Source of the DNA: Candidatus Woesearchaeota archaeon
Lineage (GTDB): Archaea > Nanobdellota > Nanobdellia > UBA10117 > ARS21
Assembly (NCBI GenBank): GCA_964344705.1
Contig: CAYFOG010000001.1
Span: forward strand, 2,172 to 46,983
Length of the DNA stretch: 44,812 nucleotides
Direction of reading: 5' to 3'
The notes under the pieces: model-generated
Databases searched by the model: none
The model's input: only the letters and a program-made list of their open reading frames with translations
What the model was told of the DNA's origin: nothing
Translations under genes and position numbers: made by a program
In this document: positions 1 through 8,204 of the stretch, one piece after another
Numbering within the stretch: position 1 is the first letter of the stretch
How the letters are laid out: every line of letters starts with the position of its first letter

Positions 1-1
1 C

Positions 2-502
2 GATCCAAAATACATGGTTCTTCCTCTTGCGGCGCTAGCAGGAATTGCAAATAATGCGCTTGATTTTGAAGCTACCGACGTGCTTGTTGGAGGAAGTAGC
101 TTTATTGGTTCAGCATTTGTTGCAGCATTGTTAGGAATTGTTTCTTTATACATTTCAGGTTCTTTGCTGAGCTTCACTGGAAGATGGCTTAAAGGTAAGG
201 CCAATGCTTTGAAATTGAGAGCAGCAATTGCTTGGGCGGGCGTTCCAGTTATAGCTTCGCTTGTGTTGTTTATTCCACTTTTCTTTGCACTTAATTCAAG
301 CTCAATGGGAATTATTGGACTGAGCAGTATTGCATTTGTTGTTTTAGGTCTTTGGTCGTTAGTTCTTCAAGTTGGAATGATTTCTGAAATTCAAGGTTTT
401 TCAATCTGGAAAGCAATTTTGAATATAATATTGGCAATTATTGTAATTGCGGTGCCACTACTAATTCTTGCAGTACTTGCAGGTGTAGCAACAGTTGTAT
501 AA
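2..502 (+). CDS. Polytopic membrane protein, Yip1-like, 5'-partial
   Basis: The frame is open from the window edge (DPKY precedes the first Met at 14). It has 4-5 hydrophobic spans, and the segment GRWLKGKANALKLRAAIAWAGVPVI resembles Yip1/DUF1282-type proteins. Confidence 0.45.
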   Translation, partial: DPKYMVLPLAALAGIANNALDFEATDVLVGGSSFIGSAFVAALLGIVSLYISGSLLSFTGRWLKGKANALKLRAAIAWAGVPVIASLVLFIPLFFALNSSSMGIIGLSSIAFVVLGLWSLVLQVGMISEIQGFSIWKAILNIILAIIVIAVPLLILAVLAGVATVV

Positions 503-542
503 CTGTAGTTAAGTTTTTAAACGCATTTTACGAAATAAAATT

Positions 543-647
543 GGGCGTATAGCTTAGTCTGGTCAGAGCGCTGGTCTTATAAGACGCTACTCGTTTAGAG
601 TAGTCTGAGTATACCAGAGGTCGCAGGTTCAAATCCTGCTTCGCCCA
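543..647 (+). tRNA. Intron-containing tRNA, anticodon read as UAU (Ile)
   Basis: Cloverleaf: acceptor GGGCGTA/TTCGCCC with one U-U mismatch and discriminator A. D arm GCTT..GAGC. Anticodon stem CTGGT/ACCAG. T arm GCAGG-TTCAAAT-CCTGC. Variable loop is 5 nt. The loop begins CTTATA(A), with TAT at 578-580, followed by a ~30-nt insertion (~582-612) containing the hairpin CTACTC-GTTTA-GAGTAG. This places the intron at or next to the canonical 37/38 site. Confidence 0.75.
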
Positions 648-2312
648 TTACATTTCTGAAACAGCTTCAATTCCGAGCAAACTTAATCCGTTATTTAGAG
701 TTTGTTTTACTGTTGCGCTAACTGCTAGCCGATGAGAAGTTAATTCTTTCTTATCTGAGATTATCAGATTTTGAGAATAGTATGAGTTGAATGTTTTTGC
801 CAAATCCATCAAATAATTTGCAATTGTGCTTGGTTTTTTGGAAGTGTAAGATTTCATTACAATCTCTGGGAAATTGTAAACTTTCTTTAGAACTTCTTGC
901 TCAGCATCATTAGTTAATTTTCCATTAATTTTCCTTGTAATTCGTTTTCGTTTCAATAGAGAGTTAATTCTTGCGTGAGTGTATTGTAAATAAGGTCCAG
1001 TATCACCTTCAAATGAAACTGCGCGTTCTAAATCAAAGACAACATTCTTTTCAGGCGTTGTTTTTAGGATTGAATATATTACTGCAGAGTTTCCAATAGC
1101 TTCAACTGACTTAATACTTCCTCTCTTTCTGTTCTTGATTTCTCTTTTTACATTACTGTAAACTTCCTTCATAAAGTCTTCAAGTAAAACTACTTTTCCT
1201 TGACGCGTACTCATCTTTCCACTTTTTAGAAGGACAAAAGAATAATGAACAACATCAGGCATACTTAGACCCAATAAATCCATTCCGGATTTTGTTTGTA
1301 AGTAGTAAAGTTTTTGATCTTCACCGAGAACCATAATATTATCTTTTGCACGACTTAGTTTGTATTCAGTGTAAGCTAAATCTCTTAATCCATACAATGA
1401 AGTTTTATCGCTTCGAGTCAGAACGAATACAGGATTCTTCATTGGGAGCTTGTAATCATGTAAATCCAAATACAATCTTCCTTCTCCGTCTTCCAAAAGT
1501 TTTTTGCTTCTTTCTAATCTTTTTAGAATATTATTCACTGATTTGTTAAACAAGTATTTACTTTCGTAATCAAAATAATCATATTTGATTCCTAGTTGAC
1601 CCAAAATTTTAGATTGACCTTTGATACAAATATTTACTATGTTCCTGAAACGTTTTCTAACTCGTGTATCTCCGCTTTCAAGTTTGTGAAGCAAATCAAA
1701 AACTTCTTTTTCCTTTGAAGGATATTTTTGTATTTTCTTATTTATTTTAACATACATATCAAGAAGGTTTGAGAACTTCGGTTTTCTGTTTCCTGCAGCT
1801 AGAACCAACATTGCAATTTGTTTTCCAATATCGTTGACATAATAGTGAACTTCAGGTTTGAAGTTAAGGAATTTGTAAATTTGAACTAATGAGTTTCCAA
1901 TCAACGCATTTCTTGCACGTCCGATGTGTGGTGACGCGTTTGGATTAATACTTGTGTGTTCGATTAGAACCCTTTTTCCTTTACCAATATTTGTTGAACC
2001 ATAATTTCTTCCTTCTTTTTGTACTTGAGTTACAACTTCCTTTGCAAGCGCTTCTGAACTGAAGTAAAAGTTTAGATAGGGTCCATGAACTTCAATTTTT
2101 GAGAATGCTTTTGGGACTTTGATTTTTCTCCTTAATTGTGTAGCAATACTTCCCGGAGACATTTTGAAAAACTTTCCAAGTGAAAAACAAGGAAAAGCTA
2201 AATCACCCAACTTTGAATCAGGAGGAGTTTCAAGTAGTGAATGAATATCTTTGTTGCTCAAATCAACAACTTCAGAAATTGTCTTTATTGCTGCTTTACG
2301 AAACTTGTCCAT
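648..2312 (-). CDS. argS: Arginyl-tRNA synthetase
   Basis: 554-aa ORF with a class I catalytic core (NPNASPHIGRARN HIGH-like region). The C-terminal anticodon-binding helices end in ...EAVSEM, as ArgRS proteins typically do. Confidence 0.93.
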   Translation of the reverse strand: MDKFRKAAIKTISEVVDLSNKDIHSLLETPPDSKLGDLAFPCFSLGKFFKMSPGSIATQLRRKIKVPKAFSKIEVHGPYLNFYFSSEALAKEVVTQVQKEGRNYGSTNIGKGKRVLIEHTSINPNASPHIGRARNALIGNSLVQIYKFLNFKPEVHYYVNDIGKQIAMLVLAAGNRKPKFSNLLDMYVKINKKIQKYPSKEKEVFDLLHKLESGDTRVRKRFRNIVNICIKGQSKILGQLGIKYDYFDYESKYLFNKSVNNILKRLERSKKLLEDGEGRLYLDLHDYKLPMKNPVFVLTRSDKTSLYGLRDLAYTEYKLSRAKDNIMVLGEDQKLYYLQTKSGMDLLGLSMPDVVHYSFVLLKSGKMSTRQGKVVLLEDFMKEVYSNVKREIKNRKRGSIKSVEAIGNSAVIYSILKTTPEKNVVFDLERAVSFEGDTGPYLQYTHARINSLLKRKRITRKINGKLTNDAEQEVLKKVYNFPEIVMKSYTSKKPSTIANYLMDLAKTFNSYYSQNLIISDKKELTSHRLAVSATVKQTLNNGLSLLGIEAVSEM

Positions 2313-2351
2313 AAGAGTAATTTAAGACGAAAGTATAAAACAATATTGAAT

Positions 2352-2395
2352 AAATGCATGAGGCAGATAACCTGAACTTCGTTCATGAACCTGCC
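2352..2395 (-). pseudogene. Degenerate copy of the 3' half (T arm plus acceptor 3' strand) of the adjacent tRNA-Leu
   Basis: The reverse complement reads GGCAGGTTC[ATGAACGAAGTTCAGGTT]ATCTGCCTCATGCA. The tRNA-Leu 3' end reads CGCAGGTTCGAATCCTGCCTCGTGCA. On the + strand, ATAAATGCA[T/C]GAGGCAG is repeated about 50 bp apart. Confidence 0.4.
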
Positions 2396-2405
2396 GTTGG
2401 ATAAA

Positions 2406-2489
2406 TGCACGAGGCAGGATTCGAACCTGCGAAGACACTAAGTCACAGGGTCCTTAACCCTGCCCATTTGACCGCTCTGGAACTCGTGC
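2406..2489 (-). tRNA. tRNA-Leu (type II, long variable arm); anticodon loop UUAAGGA reads as AAG
   Basis: The reverse complement folds as follows: acceptor GCACGAG/CTCGTGC plus A73; anticodon stem CAGGG/CCCTG; 15-nt variable arm (GAC-TTAGT-GTC); T arm GCAGG-TTCGAAT-CCTGC. A73 plus the long variable arm indicates Leu. Anticodon bases lie at 2455-2453. Confidence 0.85.
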
Positions 2490-2540
2490 GTAAAAAAATA
2501 TTGAGAGTACTCCTTTTAAGTTTATCTCTGTACTACATTT

Positions 2541-3668
2541 ATGAAGCAATTATTTACGTCAGAATCAGTAACTGAAGGCCATCCTGATAAGATTTGTGAC
2601 CAAGTTTCAGATTCAATTTTAGATGCGCTTTTGGAACAAGACGCTGAATCACGAGTTGCAGTGGAATCCGTTGCAACTAAAGGCTTGATTTTTGTAACTG
2701 GAGAAGTTACAACTAAAGGTTATGCCGATATTCAAAAAATAGTTCGTGAAACTTTGAAGAATATTGGATACACTAATCCTGAATTTGGATTGGATTGGGA
2801 AGATTGTGGAGTTATTGTTTCTTTGAATGAACAAAGTCCGGATATTTCTCAAGGAGTTACTGCAGAGGAAGGTTTGTATTCTGAACAAGGCGCGGGAGAT
2901 CAAGGAATGATGTTTGGTTATGCTTGTAATGAGACGGAAGAGTTCATGCCTTTGCCGATTACTTTAGCGCACAAGTTGACTCATAAATTGGCTGAAGTTC
3001 GAAAGAATAAAGTTTTGCCGTGGGCCCGACCGGACGGAAAAGCCCAAGTAACTATTGAATACGAAGACGGCAAACCAGTTAGAGTTGATACGATTGTTAT
3101 TGCTATTCATCACGATGATGGAATCTTACATGAGGAGATAAGAGAACAAGTTATTGAACATGTAGTTAAGCCGGTTTGCGGAGATTGGTTAGATTCTGAG
3201 ACTAAATATCATATTAATGCAACTGGGAAGTTTATTATTGGTGGTCCGGAAGCAGACGCAGGATTGACTGGAAGGAAAATCATTGTTGATACTTATGGCG
3301 GAATGGGTCGACACGGAGGCGGTGCTTTTTCAGGTAAAGATCCATCAAAAGTTGACAGAAGTGCGGCTTATGCTGCAAGGTTTATTGCTAAGAACTTGGT
3401 TGCAAATGGTTTGGCTGAACGATGTGAAGTTCAATTAGCATATTCAATCGGTGTTGCTGAGCCCGTTTCTATTTCAGTCAATACTTTTGGAACTGGAACT
3501 AAGTCTGAATCAGAGTTGGTTGAAATTATTCGAAAGAATTTTCCGTTGAAACCGGCCAAAATAATTGAATATTTTGAATTGAAGAGACCAATATACAGAG
3601 AGACTGCAGCCTATGGACATTTTGGTCGATCTAAATTCCCTTGGGAAAAAATTATTGAATTAAAATAA
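2541..3668 (+). CDS. metK: S-adenosylmethionine synthetase, bacterial/eukaryal MetK type
   Basis: Contains [29 protein letters not shown] and [19 protein letters not shown], the classical MetK signatures. Confidence 0.95.
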   Translation: MKQLFTSESVTEGHPDKICDQVSDSILDALLEQDAESRVAVESVATKGLIFVTGEVTTKGYADIQKIVRETLKNIGYTNPEFGLDWEDCGVIVSLNEQSPDISQGVTAEEGLYSEQGAGDQGMMFGYACNETEEFMPLPITLAHKLTHKLAEVRKNKVLPWARPDGKAQVTIEYEDGKPVRVDTIVIAIHHDDGILHEEIREQVIEHVVKPVCGDWLDSETKYHINATGKFIIGGPEADAGLTGRKIIVDTYGGMGRHGGGAFSGKDPSKVDRSAAYAARFIAKNLVANGLAERCEVQLAYSIGVAEPVSISVNTFGTGTKSESELVEIIRKNFPLKPAKIIEYFELKRPIYRETAAYGHFGRSKFPWEKIIELK

Positions 3669-3675
3669 TCAAAAA

Positions 3676-3795
3676 TTATTCTCTTCGCATTCGTCTTAGT
3701 CGCTTCTTTTTCTTAAGCTTCTTTCTGTACCACTTCCATCTACCTCGGTATCCGGACTTGTTCTTCTTTTTCCATTTACGGGACGAACGTTTCAT
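3676..3795 (-). CDS. rpl41e: Ribosomal protein L41e-like, 39-aa highly basic peptide (absent from the ORF track)
   Basis: My translation: MKRSSRKWKKKNKSGYRGRWKWYRKKLKKKKRLRRMRRE. The RWKW(Y)-KK-L-K/R-rich pattern is as I recall it for archaeal L41e. A palindromic TATA element GTTTTATAAAAC (3822-3833) lies about 27-38 nt upstream. Confidence 0.55.
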   Translation of the reverse strand: MKRSSRKWKKKNKSGYRGRWKWYRKKLKKKKRLRRMRRE

Positions 3796-3909
3796 TCTGG
3801 TTTTAGGTTAATTGTTTGTTTTATAAAACTTTCGAGGTGGCTTAGAGAGATTATTGGACATTGGACAAGTTATTGCGTCGATTATAAAGCCGGAAATTAT
3901 TCTATTTGT

Positions 3910-4032
3910 ATGGAAATCAAAACCTACTTGAGACAGATATTTGGCCGAGGAGGCTATGCTGAAGACTATTTGCCTGTAATTGAGAGAAATCGAAAAATTA
4001 TGGCTGCGAAGAACTTATACTCATCTATTTAA
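3910..4032 (+). CDS. Hypothetical 40-aa ORF
   Basis: ATG..TAA frame giving MEIKTYLRQIFGRGGYAEDYLPVIERNRKIMAAKNLYSSI. TTATAAA at 3882-3888 lies about 25 nt upstream, which is leaderless-type spacing. No recognisable family. Confidence 0.25.
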   Translation: MEIKTYLRQIFGRGGYAEDYLPVIERNRKIMAAKNLYSSI

Positions 4033-4049
4033 CACCTGCGTTTCCTGTG

Positions 4050-4074
4050 CCCTCGCGTTGCGAGGGTACGTTTT
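4050..4074. terminator. GC hairpin plus T-run between convergent genes
   Basis: CCCTCGC-GTT-GCGAGGG (4050-4066) followed by TACGTTTT. It lies between the small + ORF and the end of orc1/cdc6. Confidence 0.3.
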
Positions 4075-5156
4075 CAGAACTCAGTAAGCTTTTTTTCGGG
4101 ACCCAAGTATTCGATAATTGAAGAACGTCCTTGGAAACCTTCGCCTGTTGGTTTTAGTTTTATTAGCCCTTTACGTTTTAGAGAATCAAGAGTTCGTTTG
4201 AAAGTTTTTTCAGACTTTTCTCCGCCCGAATTTGTGTATTTTTTGTAAAGTTCTCCAGTTGTTTTTCCTGAATTCTTTTCACAAACATCCAAAACTAATT
4301 TTTCCTCATCTTTGAAAGTTTTATTTGCGGCGGCCGGTTTTAGTGTACTAATTCTTTTGGATGCTTCTTTGACGTGTTCAAGAGTTACTTTCTTTGAAGA
4401 ATCTTGTTCTGCAAGTTCTCCTGCGATTTTGAGCAAAGTAATTCCCACTCTGATGTCTTTGTATCCTGAAGCCACTTTTGCTAGCTCTGCAAAAGCATCA
4501 GAATTCCATGTGCCTTGATAAAATGCATATTTGATTCTTTCTTTTAGAATATCAAAAGTTTCTGAAGCAGTGTATTCTTTGAATTCTAAAGTTTCAGGAG
4601 TTAATCTACTTATTATTCTATAATCAAGTTGAGCATTTATGTTTGGCTCGTTTGTAAGAAGAATAATTGTTCGCTTCTTTATGTTCTCCAAAATGTGGTA
4701 TAAGAAGTCTGTGTCATCTGCCTTGTCAATTTCATCGAGAACTATCACCACACCATCATGTTGAGCGAGTCGATCAATAACTTTGTTTATTAGCTCATTT
4801 GTTTTAAGATTTTGAATAAATCGAAGCCCTAACTGTGTTGCAATTTCAGACAGAACTTTGTATGTAGTGTTTGCTTTCCAACAGTTTATATTCACTTTTA
4901 CAATATTATCTGCTTCTTCATACGCTTCCAAGTCCATTACAACTCGTTTTACGGATACAGTCTTTCCCACCCCAGAAGGTCCACTTACAATTAATGATAT
5001 TCCTGTTCGTCCGTGAAAGAGAGGTTTGATTGCTGTTGCCACAAATTGCTGTTCATTTTCTCGATGTGGTAAAAGCTTAGGAATAAAATCTGGGTCAAGA
5101 GCATCCGGATTAGAGAAGATGGTTTGTTCTGAACCCAGGAAGTCAAAACTACTCAT
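4074..5156 (-). CDS. cdc6: Orc1/Cdc6 replication initiator
   Basis: AAA+ Walker A GPSGVGKT, Walker B VVIVLDEID, and a C-terminal winged helix. I chose the start at ATG 5156 (MSSFDFLG). The track's 5327 start would overlap the divergent gene. Confidence 0.9.
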   Translation of the reverse strand: MSSFDFLGSEQTIFSNPDALDPDFIPKLLPHRENEQQFVATAIKPLFHGRTGISLIVSGPSGVGKTVSVKRVVMDLEAYEEADNIVKVNINCWKANTTYKVLSEIATQLGLRFIQNLKTNELINKVIDRLAQHDGVVIVLDEIDKADDTDFLYHILENIKKRTIILLTNEPNINAQLDYRIISRLTPETLEFKEYTASETFDILKERIKYAFYQGTWNSDAFAELAKVASGYKDIRVGITLLKIAGELAEQDSSKKVTLEHVKEASKRISTLKPAAANKTFKDEEKLVLDVCEKNSGKTTGELYKKYTNSGGEKSEKTFKRTLDSLKRKGLIKLKPTGEGFQGRSSIIEYLGPEKKLTEF

Positions 5157-5235
5157 ATTTTTCTGTGTTATGAAGAGTTTTAAGAATTTCTGGGCTGTGG
5201 GCAACGTTTTTAATTCCGCGATTTTATGGAGAATC

Positions 5236-6309
5236 ATGAGTAAGTTTGATAAATATCTTGGCTTTGTTAGAGGAATTAAACCAAGCGATAAGGTTGTTTT
5301 GTGTTTTGACCAAGATGGCGACGGCATTCCTGCAACAGTATTAATGTTAAAAGCTTTTCAACGATTGAAGATTGATAATGTTCACTGGGTTCCGTTCAAT
5401 CGCAACGACAGGATGCATGTTGCTGAAGAGATTTTAGCATGGAATCCAACTCATGTGATTTTTTTAGATGTTGCTGCAGAAATTTATGAAGGTTTAATGG
5501 GGAAATTGGTTAGCAAGAAAGTTATGGTTATTGACCATCATGAAACACACAAATCTTTTGACGGCGTTACTGTTCTGAAACCTCAGAAAATTGGTTTTGA
5601 AGAGTCAAATCAATATTGTACTGCTAAATTAGTTTATGATTACATGTCAAACTTGGTTGATCTTGATGATGTTGACTGGATTGCGGCTGTTGGAGTAATT
5701 TCAGATATGGGTCAAAGAACTTGGACAAGTTTTTTGAGAGATGTTTTTGAGAAACATGAGTTTAAGATGAAAGAGGATTGGTATGAAACTGTTCCTGGAA
5801 AAGTTGCACAAATTATTAATTCAGCTACAAGTGTTAATCCAATCCGCACGGATGAAGCTATTGCGCTTTTGGTCAATTCTATTCCTCGTGAAATCTTAAA
5901 GTCGCCCCTTGCTGATTTGAATGCAGATATTAACGCGGAAATTTCAAAATGGATGAAAGAGCCCGTTGAAAGCTTTCATGATGGTTTGTTGAACATACAA
6001 GTTATTGATAATCCAAGTTATTCAATTGGCGGAGTTGTTTCAAACAAACGCTCTAGGGCTGAGCGAGAAAAAGCGTTTATTGTGATTACCGTTTTTGGAG
6101 ATAAACTAAAAGTTTCTGCTCGAAGTCAAGAATTTAAAGTTCCAATGAATGAACTTTTGAAGAAATCCGTAAAAGATTTTGACAGCGCTAATGCTGGAGG
6201 ACACGATCCAGCATCTGGAGCTTCACTTCCAAGCGAGAATTTAGAGGAATTTAAGAAAAATCTTGTTCAAGTTTTTGGAGAAATTTTACAAGTTAACTCT
6301 ACAAGTTAA
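5236..6309 (+). CDS. DHH/DHHA1 phosphoesterase (RecJ/GAN/NrnA-like)
   Basis: Motifs DQDGDG, FLDVA, VIDHHE and AGGHDPASG (the GGH of DHHA1). Start set at ATG 5236 (MSKFDKYLG). It is divergent from orc1/cdc6. Confidence 0.8.
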   Translation: MSKFDKYLGFVRGIKPSDKVVLCFDQDGDGIPATVLMLKAFQRLKIDNVHWVPFNRNDRMHVAEEILAWNPTHVIFLDVAAEIYEGLMGKLVSKKVMVIDHHETHKSFDGVTVLKPQKIGFEESNQYCTAKLVYDYMSNLVDLDDVDWIAAVGVISDMGQRTWTSFLRDVFEKHEFKMKEDWYETVPGKVAQIINSATSVNPIRTDEAIALLVNSIPREILKSPLADLNADINAEISKWMKEPVESFHDGLLNIQVIDNPSYSIGGVVSNKRSRAEREKAFIVITVFGDKLKVSARSQEFKVPMNELLKKSVKDFDSANAGGHDPASGASLPSENLEEFKKNLVQVFGEILQVNSTS

Positions 6310-6753
6310 TCGAGATATTTTTGTTATTGAAATTAATAATATTCCTAACGCTACAAGTTTCAGTTCATATCCGTAAAAAGGAAAGATTGATAGGAAACCA
6401 GCAATGCCCAGATATCCAGCAAGAGTTATGTTGCAAGCTGCACAACCGAAGATTAATACTCCGAGCGTTCCACCCAAAAAACCTTTCTTTTCGTTCAATT
6501 GGTTTGAATAATCATATCGGAAAACAAATAACCCAATAAAAATTGCAAATAATGACGCCATTACCAAATCAGTTGCGAGTTGTAAATATGCAAAACTTCC
6601 CAAGTTTCCTAACTGTTGCTCAAGGTCATTGAAATATTTAATTATTGTAAGAAATCCTACAAAAGTAATTACAGATATTGCTAAATATTTTCTTTGTTTT
6701 AGAATACTTGTAATGTTTTCTATATGATTACGCATTTGCTGCTTCAAGTTCAT
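6286..6753 (-). CDS. Four-TM membrane protein with an intramembrane CXXC (FGCAACN)
   Basis: Four hydrophobic spans, with CAAC in the third. The start overlaps the end of the upstream DsbA-like gene by 26 nt. Confidence 0.6.
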   Translation of the reverse strand: MNLKQQMRNHIENITSILKQRKYLAISVITFVGFLTIIKYFNDLEQQLGNLGSFAYLQLATDLVMASLFAIFIGLFVFRYDYSNQLNEKKGFLGGTLGVLIFGCAACNITLAGYLGIAGFLSIFPFYGYELKLVALGILLISITKISRLTCRVNL

Positions 6754-7624
6754 CTAAGATTATTGATTCAAAACTTGAAAATGGTTGTGCTCCTGAAATT
6801 CTAATTCCATTTGCGAAAGATGCAGGCGTTCCAGATACTCCAACTTGTCTTCCAAGTTCGTAATCTGCATCAATTTTATCTTGATATTTGCTTGTGTCAA
6901 AACAATTATTGAATTCTGTTGTGTCTAATCCAAGTTGACTTGCCCAAGCTTTGTAGTTTGATTCGCTTAATGATTTTTGATTTTCAAAAATTAAGTCATG
7001 CATTTCAATCCATTTTCCTTGATCTGCCGCGCACTCAATTGCATTTGCTCCGGGAACTGCTTCTGGGTGAAAATTTAGTGGAAAGTGTTTGTAAACGAAA
7101 TAAACTTTTCCCTCATCTACTAAATTTCTAACTCCAACTAATCCGTCTTGAGAGAATCTTGCGCAGAAAGGACATTCTACGTCTGAAAATTCTATGAAGG
7201 TTACTGGTGCGTCCGGATTACCAATTGTTAGTTCTCTGTCACCTAATTCAATTTCTGTACGAGGAATTTCGTAAGTTCCATCAGATCTTACATTTTTATC
7301 GATAGGAAACAAGTTTCCAATAATCATTGTGCTTACGTCCTTAGTTATGTACACGTCTTGTTTTTGAATCTGACCATTAATATTAATATCAAGATTTACA
7401 GCATATAATCCATTAACTTGTGAAATTGTATTTGCCTTTGCAACACCGCCTTGCTCTACAACAAGTGCTGTAACATGACCTTCAGCAATTTGCATAACTT
7501 CACTAGAAGTTGTTGTCAACATTAGGGTTGCAACAGTGTATAATAGTAAAATCGCAATCAAAGTTAATTTTCGTGTTTTTGGTTTTTTAGAAACTGGTAA
7601 ATTTTCTGGAGCTTGCGGTTCCAT
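6728..7624 (-). CDS. Membrane-anchored DsbA-family thiol:disulfide oxidoreductase
   Basis: N-terminal signal anchor (LTLIAILLLYTVATLML). Thioredoxin-fold active site FSDVECPFCARF. DsbA-like C-terminal region with GTPASFANG. Confidence 0.8.
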   Translation of the reverse strand: MEPQAPENLPVSKKPKTRKLTLIAILLLYTVATLMLTTTSSEVMQIAEGHVTALVVEQGGVAKANTISQVNGLYAVNLDININGQIQKQDVYITKDVSTMIIGNLFPIDKNVRSDGTYEIPRTEIELGDRELTIGNPDAPVTFIEFSDVECPFCARFSQDGLVGVRNLVDEGKVYFVYKHFPLNFHPEAVPGANAIECAADQGKWIEMHDLIFENQKSLSESNYKAWASQLGLDTTEFNNCFDTSKYQDKIDADYELGRQVGVSGTPASFANGIRISGAQPFSSFESIILDELEAANA

Positions 7625-7644
7625 CTCTTGGTTATGGAGAATAA

Positions 7645-8160
7645 CTATAAAAGAGTTGTGAAGTTTCGGGCAATAAGTAGTAGTGCTGCAGAATAAACTA
7701 CTAGTGAAATTATTTTTTCATGGTTTGATCCGCTTCTTATCGGACCCCTGATTGTATAGGGACTAAATGGTGCAAAAGGTTTTACTCCATGAGGAGTTAG
7801 TGCATCAGTTCCAAGATGAATTAAATATCCGATGAAAAACCAACCCGCAATTGCGAGATTGTAATTGTTTAAATTCAGCAGGAATCCAATTCCAATTGTG
7901 ATAAGTATTCCCGTGAAGATTGAATGTACGAAACCTCTGTGTCGAGTAAATAAATTTGCCAAAGAATGCATTACTGGAACTCTTCGAGATATATGAGAAT
8001 TTGGTGAATCTATATCGGGCACGATTAAACCAATCAGAAAGAACAGTGTTGCCGCCACCTCCGGACGATTCAAAGTTCCAAGGAAAGGAATTGTAATGGA
8101 ATTCATAAATAATAGTACATATGCTAGCAATCCAAAACTGAGATGGGACTTGAACATCAT
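7645..8160 (-). CDS. Membrane-bound metal-dependent hydrolase, YdjM/DUF457-like
   Basis: N-terminal KSHLSFG, PDIDSPNSH, HRGFVHS and HLGTDALTPHG His/Asp motifs in a polytopic protein. Confidence 0.6.
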   Translation of the reverse strand: MMFKSHLSFGLLAYVLLFMNSITIPFLGTLNRPEVAATLFFLIGLIVPDIDSPNSHISRRVPVMHSLANLFTRHRGFVHSIFTGILITIGIGFLLNLNNYNLAIAGWFFIGYLIHLGTDALTPHGVKPFAPFSPYTIRGPIRSGSNHEKIISLVVYSAALLLIARNFTTLL

Positions 8161-8204
8161 GTTTATTTGAGAAGCTTTTTAATTTTAAGTGTTGTTATGA
8201 ATCC

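Noticed and set aside
3796-5235. A replication origin adjacent to orc1/cdc6.
   Set aside because: The cdc6-DHH gap is only 79 bp. The 3' flank (3796-4073) holds small genes and one hairpin. I found only a short ATTGGACATTGGACA repeat (3853-3867) and no ORB-like inverted repeats or long AT-rich unwinding element. This is not excluded, but it is unsupported.
5026-5327. Long N-terminal extensions of both divergent genes (cdc6 from 5327, DHH from 5026), which overlap each other by about 300 nt.
   Set aside because: The extensions are low-complexity, mutually antisense, and lack homology to the family N-termini. Internal ATGs at 5156 and 5236 give canonical N-termini and a 79-bp promoter gap.
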